Source: Eledone cirrhosa | Taxonomy: Eukaryota | Length of the DNA stretch: 64,000 nt | NCBI GenBank assembly: GCA_964016885.1 | Contig: OZ024748.1 | Coordinates: forward strand, 14,198,001-14,262,000 | Direction of reading: 5' to 3' | In this document: positions 1 through 13,321 of the stretch, piece by piece | Position numbering within the stretch: position 1 is the first letter of the stretch | Layout: the number at the start of each line of letters is the position of its first letter | Notes under the pieces: generated by a model | Seen by the model: the letters and a program-made list of their open reading frames with translations, nothing else | Told to the model about the DNA's origin: nothing | Databases searched by the model: none | Program-made: the position numbers and the translations under genes

Positions 1-510
1 GTATCTATGCATGTATGTATATATTAACCTGTAACTACTGGAACCGTAGAAGCACCGTAGTGACATGCAGTGTGTCGTTGACATCCGTTAAACATGGCCG
101 AGCCCAGCCCAGGTCTGGACACTGCCTATTTCTTCCAGAGGAGGAGAAAGACAGTAATAAATAAATAGGAAGATATATAGAAGAAGAATCGCCTACAATG
201 TTGAACCGATACATACTCGTATCTACCTCAATACAATATCGAATGCCACAAAGCATTCATTGCAGTTTACCGTATAAAGAGATACGAGGCTAAATAATAA
301 ATGGAATGTTATTGTTGATTTTATGGATACAGGTATATTAATTGCGAGAGCTGCGGGGTTTGAACTGATAATAGGATATAAACTGACATTATCAACTGTA
401 ATTATACATTTCCTTTGATCAGATTCATAAATGTTAAGTCTATTTCTACAATGCGAAATTATCAAGAAACATTTCATCATAGTTTTATGGAAGAGTCTTT
501 ATGTTCTTGA

Positions 511-700
511 TAATTGTTTCTACTTTAGGCACAAGGCCAGCAATTACCCAGTGCATTACTGGTACTTTATTTTATCGACCCCGTAAGGATGAACGGCAAA
601 GTCAACCTCGGCGGGATTTGAACTCAGATCGTAAAGGGACGTAACTATGCTGGAAAGCATGGCGTCCGACCCTCTACCGATACTGCCAATCCACCACCGC
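511..700 (-). mobile_element. tRNA-derived SINE (family A), full length, young
   Basis: Minus strand has A-box TGGCAGTATCGG, B-box GAGTTCAAATCC and core GCCTTTCATCCTTACGGGGTCGATAAAATAAAGTACCAG (one mismatch here). 18-bp TSD ctttatgttcttgataat at 497-514 and 700-717. About 18 copies in the window. Confidence 0.92.
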
Positions 701-713
701 TTTATGTTCTTGA

Positions 714-927
714 TAATGGTTTCTAATTAAGTAACAAGGCCAATAAATTTTGGGCAGGGAACTCGACTAAATCGACCGCAGTGCATTACTGGTACTTTAT
801 TTTATCGACCCCGTAAGGCTGAAAATTTAAGCTAACCGCGTCGTAATTTGAACTCACAACGTAAAGAACCATAAATATAAGCCACAAAGTATGTAGTTCG
901 ACGCTCTACCGGTACTGCCGATCCACC
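714..927 (-). mobile_element. SINE family A, older/longer subfamily
   Basis: Diverged copy with extra segment before the tail; same core and head motifs. Confidence 0.8.
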
Positions 928-1341
928 TCACAACACCTTAATAATGAGAAAGGTATATTACAACATCTGTCCAGAATCTTGTTTATTTTTCAAAATGATT
1001 TTAACATCACAAGTGGTATTTTTTATTAAAAATGTGGAAATGAAAGGGTTAATGGAAAGGTCGATAGTCATTGAAAGGACACTCGTATAATGTAAGAGAC
1101 GCAGAGTTTGAAGTTATGTGTATTTATAATGAATTAGTCAATGCAGAACAGTAGCTCGTATGAACCTTTTCTAAGGAAGACCGTGATGGATGGTAAGATA
1201 AAGGGAACGCCGACGCTAGAGTCAGGTAACCTTAATACTTGTAACGGAAGGATCACCATTGCTAACACCATTAACATATATATATGTACATATATATCGA
1301 TATATATATATACATATATATTGGTATATATACACTCACAC

Positions 1342-1385
<44 letters not shown>

Positions 1386-1390
1386 GTGTA

Positions 1391-1501
1391 TGAGTTCAAA
1401 TCCCGCCGAGGTTGACTTTGCCTTTCATCCTTACGGGGTCGATAAAATAAAGTACCAGTAATGCACTGGTGAATTGCTGGCCTTGTGCCTAAAGTAGAAA
1501 C

Positions 1502-1507
<6 letters not shown>
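1391..1507 (+). mobile_element. SINE family A, 5'-truncated at B-box
   Basis: gagttcaaatcccgccgagg...aaagtagaaacaatta between (TA)n tracts. Confidence 0.9.
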
Positions 1508-1558
<51 letters not shown>

Positions 1559-1869
1559 CACACATATATATACATATATTGATATATAAAAACACACACA
1601 CACACACACTATATGTATATATATATATATATATACACTTTTACCTGTTCCAGCCATCCGGCTGAGGCCATATATATATATATAAAGATTTACATATACA
1701 CAAACTAGACAAAGTCACAGATATATATGTGTTTTGGCAACCATTCACGATGTGGCTCAATGATGAATTAATAAATTAAATAATCAGAGCAATATACTAT
1801 AAAGTATGTCCATAGAAACATTTGATAATATATATATTAGCAAATGATTCTATGGACATACTTTATAGT

Positions 1870-1920
<51 letters not shown>

Positions 1921-2100
1921 TATATACACACACACATATATAAATATTGATATATATACACACACACATTATATGTATATCTATATATATATACTCTTTT
2001 ACCTGTTCCAGCCAACCGACTGAGGCCATAGAGAGATAGAGATACACATATATATATATATTGATATATATAAATATAAATATACACATATATATATATA

Positions 2101-2262
2101 AACTTGAGAGAAAGAAGAATACTGCGGGTTTGCACATGGGTTACATATGATAAAAATAGTCCTTCGTCAGTGATTTGCCAACCATCATTGGCATTTCATC
2201 GCATTAAAAATCAGATACCTCAGGTTGGTGCGAGCAATAAGCTAAAAAAAGTTATTGGGACC
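2101..2262 (-). mobile_element. (TA)n-embedded repeat family H6 with degenerate hammerhead-like core
   Basis: 2150-2262 matches 58126-58242. Minus strand reads CTGACGA-AGGAC...GTGC-AAA (imperfect). Confidence 0.5.
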
Positions 2263-2466
2263 AGTAATCGCGTAAAGCGAGGGGGACAAGTGAACAACAT
2301 AGAAGGATCAAAACAAACCAAAGAAAGGAAATAAACAAGCAACATGGTAGTCCTGGTCAGCATAAGCTGGGTGGATTTCATGAGCGATTAGTACAGACGT
2401 CCAACGTGAGTGAGATGGAAGCAAGAAAAGGCCCACTGTTAGCCAAACGGGAGGAAGTGAGAAGGG

Positions 2467-2513
<47 letters not shown>

Positions 2514-2517
<4 letters not shown>

Positions 2518-2697
2518 TCTACTTTTGGCACAAGGCCAGCAATTATCACAGTGCATTTGTGGTACTTTATTTTATCGACTCCGTAAGGATGAAAGGCAAA
2601 GTTAACCTCGGGGGGAATTGAACTCAGGCCGTAAAGGGGCGTAACTATGCTGCAAAGCATGGTATCCGACCTTCTACCGATACTGCCAATCCATCGC
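2514..2697 (-). mobile_element. SINE family A, near full length
   Basis: Aligns to 511-700; flanked by (TA)n. Confidence 0.9.
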
Positions 2698-3279
2698 TCT
2701 ATATATATATATATATAATACGTTCACAAGAGGGGCATGCGCAGATGCTCGAGTTTCGTTGGATTTAATAACAACTCATTGAGTGTGCCATATTGTAATG
2801 GAGTTACTTCTGGAAGTGCCTGTAAATATATATATATAGTTATATCTGTGTGTGCATATACACCCATTCACCAATACATACACACATAATACATACATAC
2901 ATAATCATAAAAATATACCCATCCATCCATCCCCAAACCCATCCATACAAATACATATATACATATAAACGCACCGAAACATAAATCATACATATATACA
3001 GTAGCATGTACAACTATATGAACTGCCTTGCCAGGTATTACACAACTTGCCCAACGCTGAGCTGAAATATATTTCCAACCTGAAACCGACAACTATAAAT
3101 CCGACATTATCTATAAAACCAAGGACCCTACTTTTGTATGTGATTAGTTCTTCAGTTCTCCAACAATAAATTCAATCACACAAGCAATTCTATGTTACAA
3201 TATTGTCATTATGTAATAGGGTATGCATCGAGTCGCTGTTAAATAAAAGGAAACAAATTCGAATAGAGAAAGCAATGTA

Positions 3280-3366
<87 letters not shown>

Positions 3367-3928
3367 TGTGTGCATGTATGCATATATATATATATATATG
3401 TATGCCTTTCTATGCATATATGTATGTATATATAGTGTGCTTGTGTATATATTTGCATGTGTGCCCATAAATATATATATATATAAACGTATGTATGCGT
3501 ATCTAGGTTTGTATGTATATATGTATATATTTATATATTTATAAGCATATATATATGCATGCGTGTGCGTGTTTATTCAGGCGAGCGCAGTTATTTCGCT
3601 AAATAACGTCGCGTTCTCTTATATGAGAATGGAACGTAGCGGTGAATATAATAAATATCTGTCATCCCTCTCTCCTACACAATACCGTTTCCCATCTCCT
3701 TCCTTCCCTCTTTTCGAGTTTAGATTGAGATTTCGATAACGGTAGCCTTTAAACTTTTTAATTAGAGATCAGTACAACGGATGTTATACAAATGCTCTTG
3801 GAAAGTATCTCGTTTTTCTATGACACATCCATGTTAACCTGTGTTTGACCTAAAACAAATATTGTGATGTCTCTCATTCATACATACATATATATATATA
3901 TAAAGATAGATAGATATATAGATATAGC

Positions 3929-3964
<36 letters not shown>

Positions 3965-3985
3965 GATATATAGATATAGACACAC

Positions 3986-4016
<31 letters not shown>

Positions 4017-4039
4017 TATAAAGATAGATAGATATATAG

Positions 4040-4078
<39 letters not shown>

Positions 4079-4125
4079 ATATCTGCATTGCTTTATTGTA
4101 CTACAATAAAACTCACCTCCTACAT

Positions 4126-4164
<39 letters not shown>

Positions 4165-4642
4165 ATTTATATATATAGATATATATATACTTTATATTGA
4201 TATAGTCGAACGGCGGAAAAGAAAACGTTCTATTTATTTAATTATTTGTTTTATATATATATATTTTTTTAATTGAGTCCTCAATCCTCGCCAACCACAT
4301 TCTCCTTCTCTTTCCCTGTGTTAACCGTGAAGTAATGGTGGTGCAGAATAAGCATTCCAATTAATGATTTGGCACGAATATGCAATGTACTTAGTAGAGT
4401 TGTCAGTATCAAGAGTTTGATTGAAATACTGATAATAATATCGAAGGGGGGTACGAATAGAGTGGGGGTAAAACGTGCTACCCCTCTCTCTCTCTAAATA
4501 TATATATATATATATATATTTTTAATATAGATGAGATTCTACAGGACTAGAACTGTTTCATTCATTAGAAATCATCAGAAATCATCATGTGGTTACCTCC
4601 GATTCAACCCGGAATAACGTATATATATATATATATATATAC

Positions 4643-4684
<42 letters not shown>

Positions 4685-5529
4685 ATATATATATATATAT
4701 ACAATATATATATATATATATATATACTTATATGAATGTGTATATATATATATAAATATATATATACAATATATATATATATGTATATATATACTTATAT
4801 GAATGTGTAAATATATATAAATATATATACTTATATGAATGTGTATATATATATATAAATATATATATACAATATATATATATATATACTTATATGAATG
4901 TGTATATATATATAAATATATATATACTTATATGAATGTGTATATATATATATATATAACATGTACAACATGTTATATAGTTATGTAAATATACTTATAT
5001 ATATATATATACGTGTGTGTGCGTGTGTGTCTTCATATCCATCAATATATCAATATAAACAAACAAAAAAATCACACACACACACACACACAGACAGAGA
5101 GAGAGACAGGCAGACAGACAGACAGAGAGGGACAGCGAAAAAGAAAAACAGATAAAAACACACAAAGACATAAAACACACAAGTATGATTTATTATCGGA
5201 AACGATGACTGCGTGTTCTAGTGGTCTTCTTTCTTCTGGAAATAATTTACAGACAGACATTATAAAAGAAAGGTTTTGCCCCAGTTTTATTATTCCCGCC
5301 AAACTGAAGTGTTCTTCAAGTACGCAAAATTAATTCAATGAACATTTTCAAAGACTTGCCAATTTGTACCATAAAAGACACTTTGAAAATGTATTAAATA
5401 AATCAAGCAGTGTAAACATTCATTCTCTCTAACTTTCTGTGTGTGAACACATATATAAAAATATAAATATATATATATTTATATTAATTCAAAATATTAA
5501 CAAATATAGACATTCGTGTGATCAAGTAT

Positions 5530-5580
5530 ATTTTATTATACGTATTTCAGAGGTACTGAGCTATCCTCATCAGATAAAAT
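5530..5580 (-). ncRNA. Hammerhead ribozyme (H1), stem II partly deleted
   Basis: Minus strand: attttat CTGATGA ggatagctcagtacctct GAAA tacgt ata ataaaat; palindromic stem III ATACGTAT; 14-nt deletion in stem II. Confidence 0.6.
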
Positions 5581-5685
5581 AAGATGATGCTTGACATACC
5601 TTGACTATGTTGATGGTTAACTATGTTGAATGCCATGACTGAATTTTAACCATCAACATAGTCAAGGTATGTCAAGCATCATCTT

Positions 5686-5750
5686 GTTTTATCTGATGAG
5701 GACGTACTGTTGAAGATAGCTCAGTACCTCTGAAATATGTATAATAAAAT
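5686..5750 (+). ncRNA. Minimal type-I hammerhead ribozyme (H1)
   Basis: gttttat CTGATGA(5693-5699) GGA-c-GTACTG..CAGTAC-c-TCT GAAA(5732-5735) tatgt ATA^ ataaaat; predicted cleavage after 5743. Confidence 0.78.
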
Positions 5751-5925
5751 ATACTTCATCACACGAATGTCTATATTTGTTAATATTTTGAATTAATATT
5801 AATAACTCCGGAAAACCAAATACTCTGGAGTGCTTCTAATCTATTGTAAAACTTTATTCATTGATTTATTCATTGAACCTTGTTTAACCTTTAAATATAT
5901 ATATATTTATATATATGTAACCTCC

Positions 5926-6020
5926 CGGATGAAAGCACACCATAACTTGGTGTCCTTGAAATATGTATAATGAAATAAATATGGCTTTCTAAATATAGTT
6001 TCCATTTGTTAATATCGTAT
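5926..6020 (+). mobile_element. Family H2 fragment, truncated at the hammerhead core
   Basis: cggatga AAG-c-ACACCA..TGGTGT-c-CTT GAAA tatgtata atgaaata, plus tail matching 29062-29110 (reverse) and 54019-54068. Confidence 0.75.
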
Positions 6021-6250
6021 ATTTATATATTTATATATATATATATATATATGTATATACATATGAATGTGTGTGAATACATATATATACACATGTATTT
6101 ATATATATGCGTGTGTATTAATATAAACATTTACACACATATATATTATACAAACATATTCAAATCATACATATATACACACATACAAACATTCATGAAT
6201 ACATACGTATGTGTGCGTGTGTGTGTGTATCAAATGACTTAGCGTTAATA

Positions 6251-6358
6251 TAATTGTTCTACTTTTGAGTTCAAATCCCGCCGAGGTTAACTTTGCCTTT
6301 CATCCTTACTGGGTCGATAAAATAAAGTACCAGTAATGAACTGGGATAATTGCTGCCA
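6251..6358. mobile_element. SINE family A with internal inversion
   Basis: 6251-6266 is the SINE tail on the minus strand; 6266-6358 is B-box to pre-tail on the plus strand. Confidence 0.75.
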
Positions 6359-6543
6359 TGCTTTAAAAAGACGGGAATAATGAATCTATGGAAAACTTTG
6401 CCGGATGAGTTAGGAAAACTAACAAATAATCCGTAATGGAAGGAAATCAGAGAAAAAAAATAAATAAAAGACATTTAAACCGGAAAGAATATTTTTCTTT
6501 GGACACGTTTTCGATGACATATATATATATATATATATAATAT

Positions 6544-6757
6544 GAGCGATTGACTTTCGTCAAATCGGACGAGCAAACAATGTTTCCGTTAGTCTTTCCA
6601 GCAGTTGCTAGTACTATCTATCGGTCGCAACTCCACGTAGAAGGAGCAACGTGAAATAATATCTTGCTCAAGGGCATAACGCATCGCCCGGTCCAGAATA
6701 CGAAATCACAACCACAAGATTGTGAATCCAATTCTCTAACCCCTCAGCCACACACCT
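6544..6757 (-). mobile_element. CORE-type tRNA SINE (family B)
   Basis: Minus strand head gtgtggctgaggggttag (A-box) and CORE-like cccttgagcaagatattatttcacgttgctcc; matches 35672-35868. Confidence 0.75.
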
Positions 6758-6759
6758 AT

Positions 6760-6903
6760 AGTAATAATAATAAATGCGAAGACTAAAATCCAAAGAGGGC
6801 TCGATAAGGATAAATATATATCAAATATACAAGAAACCTAGAGCAAATATTTATTAAAATAACAGATTAAAGTTTAAGCAAATAATCGCTGCTTTCACCC
6901 TTA
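6760..6903 (-). mobile_element. Family H5 tail fragment
   Basis: Near-identical to 44281-44422. Confidence 0.8.
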
Positions 6904-7403
6904 ATGTGTGTGTGTGTGTGTATATATATAAATTTTAGTACAGCATTAACGAAGCTTGAGTTCGCGGCCAAGCTAACGAATGCAAATTCGGTCTGTAACA
7001 TTAACACACGGATAGGGAAAAGTACCCCCAGAGTAATAACAATACGTTTAGTCAGCTTAGCAAATCAAATATAGCGATCGGCAGTCCATCCGCATCACCA
7101 GAGCAACGAAAATACAGGACTCGGGAAAAGATTTTAGACTGACCTGGACAAAACGGTGAGGTTGAATGCAAAATATATAATGCACATCGTATAGCACATG
7201 ATATACATCACATACAGCACACAACATCAGCGCTAAGTTTCTGCAAATCAGATTTCGACAAATTCCGGTTGCAGGAGTCTGCAAGTTAATGGTTTTTGAC
7301 GACAGAACAATGGATTTCCTTCTTCAGCAAGTCTTGTGTTCTTTAGTCTCTGCGGGTATGCTCTAGCATTCATTAAATTTCGCTATAGAGACGTGGTTTT
7401 CTC

Positions 7404-7436
<33 letters not shown>

Positions 7437-7638
7437 TATATATAATGTGTTTATGCTGTGCGTGTATGCGTGCAGATATGGGGAACACCTTTTACGTGGA
7501 TGTATGGTCGTAGTTTTGAAATGTGTTAAGCAACCATATTTCCGAGTCCTATCTCTCTGCAATAAGGTTAAAAGAAGAAGTGAAAGACGAAGAAGAATTG
7601 ATTTTAATGACTACAATAACTGTAGCAGCCTATAACAG

Positions 7639-7778
7639 TAATTGTTTCTACTTTAGGCACAAGGCCAGCAATTACCCAGTGCATTACTGGTACTTTATTT
7701 TATCGACCCCGTAAGGATGAAAGGCAAAGTCAACCTCGGCGGGATTTGAAATCAGATCGTAAAGGGACGTAACTATGC
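7639..7778 (-). mobile_element. SINE family A, 5'-truncated
   Basis: Near-identical to 511-650. Confidence 0.9.
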
Positions 7779-8029
7779 AGATCAGATCCCACTTGACAAG
7801 TGTGTAACATCTGGATAATCTTCGCTCAAAGTTTCCCTTCGGTTGCTCTCTCTCTCTCTCCCTCACACATTCCCTGTACCGCACTCTCTCTTTATCTCAC
7901 TACCTGTCTCTCACTATCTCTCTCTCAAATTCACCCCCACCCCTTCTCTCAAACTCTTTTTCTCTTTACCGCTGTATCTCTCTCTCTCTCTCTCAAACTC
8001 TCCCTCACTTTCTCTATCTCTCCTCTCAC

Positions 8030-8305
8030 TATATCTGCCGCTCTCATCTTCTCGCTCTATCTCTCTCTGCCGCTCTCGTCCTCTCGCTCTCTATCTCTCT
8101 CTGCCGCTCTCGTCCTCTCGCTCTCTCTGCCGCTCTCGTCCTTTCCGTCTCTCTCTGCCGCTCTCGTCCTTTCCGTCTCTCTCTCTCTCTCTCTGCCGCT
8201 CTCATCCTCTCCCTCTGCCGCTCTCATCGTCTCCCTCTTTCCCGCTCTCGTCCTCTCCCCCTCTCTCTGCCGCTCTCGTCCTCTCCCTCACACTGCCGCT
8301 CTCGA
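8030..8305. repeat. CT-rich minisatellite (ctctgccgctctcgtcctct-like, variable unit length)
   Basis: Repeated ctgccgctctc(g/a)tc units. Confidence 0.8.
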
Positions 8306-8699
8306 CCTCTCCCTTTGTCTCTATTTCAACAACATTAACAACAACCAGAACAACGAAACTTGCTTATAAAGGAACGAGTAAAAACGTAGAAAAGAGCCAA
8401 CAAAAAAATTAACCCATGAGGGTGAGTATTTCTCCAAACCAAACCAAAGTGTTTTAAAATTACTGAAGATGATGCTCCAGTATGGACTTCACTCATATTA
8501 AAAATCAAAATAAAGAATTAAAATAAAATATACACATTGACCCAATTCAGCAAAGTTTAGTTTCAGATAATTCTTTAGAAATTTTGGTAGGAAAAGCCAG
8601 AAGCCAAATATATACACACAAATATATTTATCTAGGTACGTATTCATCTATCTGTCTATTTACACATATGCTCAGATTTAAGAATTATATATATATGTG

Positions 8700-9413
8700 T
8701 GTGTGTACAATATATATATTATATATACAATATATATATATATATTATATATATACAATATATATATATATATACAATATATACAATATATATACAATAT
8801 ATACAATATATATATATTATATATACAATATATACAATATATATATATATATTATATATATACAATATATATATATATATTATATATATACAATATATAT
8901 ATATATATTATATATATACAATATATATATATATATTATATATATACAATATATATATATATATTATATATATACAATATATATATATATATTATATATA
9001 TACAATATATATATATATTATATATATACAATATATATATATATATTATATATATACAATATATATATATATTATATATATACAATATATATATACAATA
9101 TATATATATATACAATATATATATACACAATATATATATACAATATATATACAATATATATATACACAATATATATATACAATATATATATACACAATAT
9201 ATATATACAATATATATACAATATATATATATATTATATATATACAATATATATATATATTATATATATACAATATATATATATATTATATATATACAAT
9301 ATATATATATATTATATATATATGTATATACAATATATATATATATTATATATATACAATATATATATATATATATATATATACAATATATATATATATA
9401 TATATATATACAA

Positions 9414-9445
<32 letters not shown>

Positions 9446-9781
9446 CAATATATAAAAATATTATATATATACAATATATATATTATATATATATATACCA
9501 TATATATATGTATATATATAAACAATATATATATGTATATATATATAAACAATATATATATGTATATATATATACAATATATATATGTATATATATAAAC
9601 AATATATATATGTATATATATAAACAATATATATATGTATATATATAAACAATATATATATGTATATATATAAACAATATATATATGTATATATATAAAC
9701 AATATATATATGTGTATATATAAACAATATATATATGTATATATATAAACAATATATATATGTATATATATATAATATATA

Positions 9782-9800
<19 letters not shown>
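8700..9800. repeat. Compound (TA)n array with CAA/TG interruptions
   Basis: About 1.1 kb of (TA)n with periodic caa, then aaacaatatatatatg units. Confidence 0.95.
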
Positions 9801-9815
<15 letters not shown>

Positions 9816-10076
9816 CTACTTTGGTGTAAATATACAAACGCACACTACGTTTGCAGAGAGAGAGAGATAGAGAGATGGGGGGAGAGAGAAATAGAAAGAG
9901 AGAGAGAGGGAGAGAGATAAACATATATACATACATGTAGGACTGCATTAGAAAATAATTTGCCTGAAGCAATCGAAGTACATTGCAGAAGCTACGAATC
10001 TCGTTCTCCCAGTTTAACTACACTGTTTAAATCAAACGGATAGACTTCATTGGATCACTTCGCTTTTGTTATTAAC

Positions 10077-10108
<32 letters not shown>

Positions 10109-10125
10109 ACACACGCTATTATATA

Positions 10126-10167
<42 letters not shown>

Positions 10168-10598
10168 AAAACAAATCTATATGCTCGCATGCATTTGTGT
10201 ATATTTCTATATATATATATACATATGCATTTATCGACATATTATATATATATATATATATGTATACATATAAGATCAAAAGATGGTTAAAAGAGTTCCA
10301 TGTATTTTATTATGCGCATTTCAAAAACAAATATCATCATGAGATGACATTTGCGTTTTCGTCAGATAAAATAGCGATACATGATATGAAGATTAAAAAA
10401 GACTTGTGAATAGTGGAGTTTTAAATCAACATATGAAAAGTAATTTAAGATTGATGTGTGATATTGGGAAAAAAAGTGTGAGGGGGGTGGTGGTGGAAAG
10501 GGTGAAAAAGAGGAGGAGATGAGAGTAAAGAACGTACTACAATAAAACTCACCTCCTACATATATACACATATTTATATATGCTTTTATAGACATATG

Positions 10599-10639
<41 letters not shown>

Positions 10640-10979
10640 TAGAGTAAATGAATTCATTTTTACAGAAAGCGTCACTTACACTTTCACAACACACGCATAT
10701 ACACACCACACCTACTGACATATTTATACATGCCCCCCTTCCCCGTGCGCGTGTGTGTGTGTGTGTGTGTTTATCTGTATGCATATTCGTAATTGAATAG
10801 AACGCATGGTTTAAACGTTCACGTTCAGACACATGGATAGCTATATAGACACATACACACATATACACACATGCTTATATATCTATACATATATTTATAT
10901 ATTCATGTGTGTGTGTGTATGTGTGTGTGCGCCCATACAAACATACATTGCGCGTAGGTGTGTGTGCGCACATACACAA

Positions 10980-11020
<41 letters not shown>

Positions 11021-11373
11021 CATACATACACACGTGTACTGTAGTTCTATACCACATACAATATTTGAATGCCATATCAAATTACTCGCACTACTCCATT
11101 CATAGAAGTTTTCTAGAAAATTTTCTGCCTTAAGATTTATTTCATATTTCAATAGATATGATACAAGTTTATCGCAACGAAAGGAAGCTCTTCGCTCTAG
11201 CATTTCACTGAGAATTGAGAATCGAAATTTAATTAATATCTTGCAAGATCGCTGGAATGGATGTGCTAGGGGATGTTATGTAATTAACTTGTTAGAGATA
11301 TGTTACGTCTATAGATTGTCTTTGGTTTTATTGTATCCCATATTGTCGCCTCAGTGTAAAGTGTTTAAAGTGC

Positions 11374-12083
11374 TTTAAGGCAACAATTTGTTGTATGACG
11401 GTCCCACAATGTGTTGCTGTATCGGTGGTCGTGTCGGTAGGAGGTTTAAGGCAACAATTTATTGTATGGTGGTCTCACAATGTGTTGCTGTATCGGTGGT
11501 CGTGTCGGTAGGAGGTTTAAGGCAACAATTTATTGTATGGTGGTCTCACAATGTGTTGCTGTATCGGTGGTCGTGTCGGTAGGAGGTTTAAGGCAACAAT
11601 TTATTGTATGGTGGTCTCACAATGTGTTACTGTATCGGTGGTCGTATCGGTAGGAGGTTTAAGGCAACAATTTATTGTATGGTGGTCTCACAATGTGTTA
11701 CTGTATCGGTGGTTGTGTCGGTAGGAGGTTTAAGGCAACAATTTATTGTATGGTGGTCTCACAATGTGTTGCTGTATCGGTGGTCGTGTCGGTAGGAGGT
11801 TTAAGGCAACAATTTATTGTATGGTGGTCCCACAATGTGTTGCTGTATCGGTGGTCGTGTCGGTAGGAGGTTTAAGGCAACAATTTATTGTATGGTGGTC
11901 CCACAATGTGTTGCTGTATCGGTGGTCGTGTCGGTAGGAGGTTTAAGGCGACAATTTATTGTATGGTGGTCTCGCAATGTGTTGCTGTATCGGTGGTCGT
12001 GTTGGTAGGAGGTTTAAGGCAACAATTTATTGTATGGTGGTCTCGCAATGTGTTGCTGTATCGGTGGTCGTGTTGGTAGGAGG
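11374..12083. repeat. 71-bp minisatellite, 10 near-identical copies; degenerate copies continue to about 12720
   Basis: Unit tttaaggcaacaatttattgtatggtggtctcacaatgtgttgctgtatcggtggtcgtgtcggtaggagg at 11374, 11445, ... 12013. Confidence 0.97.
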
Positions 12084-12300
12084 TTTAAGGCAAAACTATA
12101 ATGTATCACGATGCCTCAATGGGTTGTTGCTTCAGTGGCCGAGTTTGTAATGTGTTTAAGGCAACAATATAATGTATGACGGCCCCACAATATGTGGGAC
12201 GAATTGGTAAGATGTTTAAGGTAGGAATATGATGTGTGACGGTCCTACAAATGTTTGTCACCTGTGTAGCTGAGTTGGTCAGGTGTTTAATGCAAGAATA

Positions 12301-12477
12301 TAATTGTTTCTACTTTTGGTACAAGACCAGCAATTGCCAAGTGCATTAATGGTACTTTATTTTATCGACCCCGTCGAGTTAACCTCGGCGGGATTTGAAC
12401 TCAGATCGTAAAGGGGCGTAACTCCATGTTGCAGTGTACGGCGTCCGACCCTCTAACGATACTGTCAATCCACCGCC
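12301..12477 (-). mobile_element. SINE family A inserted in degenerate satellite edge
   Basis: 19-bp TSD tttaatgcaagaatataat at 12286-12304 and 12478-12496. Confidence 0.9.
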
Positions 12478-13161
12478 TTTAATGCAAGAATATAATGTCT
12501 GACGGTATCTCATTCTGTTGTTCCCTCGGTGGACGGGCCACTAAGGTGTCAATATTTTGCTTACAATAAAATGCACGGTGGTCTGGCAATGTATTGTTGT
12601 CGCTGTGGCCGAGTTGGTAAGATATTTAAGGCAAGAATATGTCCGACTCTTTCACGATGTATCGTCGCCTCGGTGTTCGTTTCGGTAAAGAGATTAAGAC
12701 ACGAATATAATGTATGACGGTGCATGGTTTACGTGTTTAGGGGTTTGGGTGACGAGCTCATGGTCGTAAGGTCATGAGTTCAATTCCGAAAGTGTGTGGA
12801 AATTTGTCTCTTTCATCGGAAGTATTTTGTGGATAATTCCAAATGTCATGATTAGATACTTTCTTTTATGTTTTTTTATTTGTTTACTTTATGTCTGGTG
12901 TGGTACATATCTATTAAGCTACGTTGAGTTTAGGTATATGGGCGTTATTTGTTTGTACTCCTGGATGGTACATATGTGTGAGTGTAAGTAGAAAGCTCTA
13001 TAGAAATATGTATTTATGTATGGACAAGTAAATTCTGAGGGAGTTGTCGGGCACCACATTAACATACATAAGGCGTTTCTAAAACCTTATAAACCGGGCA
13101 GAATACAGCAGATTTCTTCCAGAGAGTGAGAGAATAGATGTCAGAAAGAGATATAGAGGAA

Positions 13162-13321
13162 AAAATCGACCCTGGATCCAAACTAGTGCAATTTTATCGA
13201 ACTGGAATGGATGAAAGGCAACATTGACCTCGGCGAGATTTGAACTCAAAGAGCAGAGAGCCGTAACGAATATTATAATGCATTCTATACGACTTTCTAA
13301 CGACTACGTCAATTCGCTGCC
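13162..13321 (-). mobile_element. Old SINE family A-related copy
   Basis: ggatgaaaggcaacattgacctcggcgagatttgaactc core and B-box, diverged. Confidence 0.7.

Larger units (their letters stand above)
5481..5894. mobile_element. Fold-back element family H1 (PLE pLTR-like), inverted arms plus tail
   Basis: Arms 5481-5620 and 5646-5800 are reverse complements; unpaired tail 5800-5894; (TA)n both sides; homologous to 57126-57548 and 51131-51460. Confidence 0.85.

Noticed and set aside
8584-9972. Long Y/I-rich ORFs (and similar at 28460, 45139, 55277)
   Set aside because: Translations of (TA)n-type arrays, open in several frames on both strands.
11374-12083. CRISPR-like regular array
   Set aside because: Whole 71-bp unit repeats with no unique spacers; eukaryotic context. 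Same for 13600-14520, 33485-34165 and 41750-42280.
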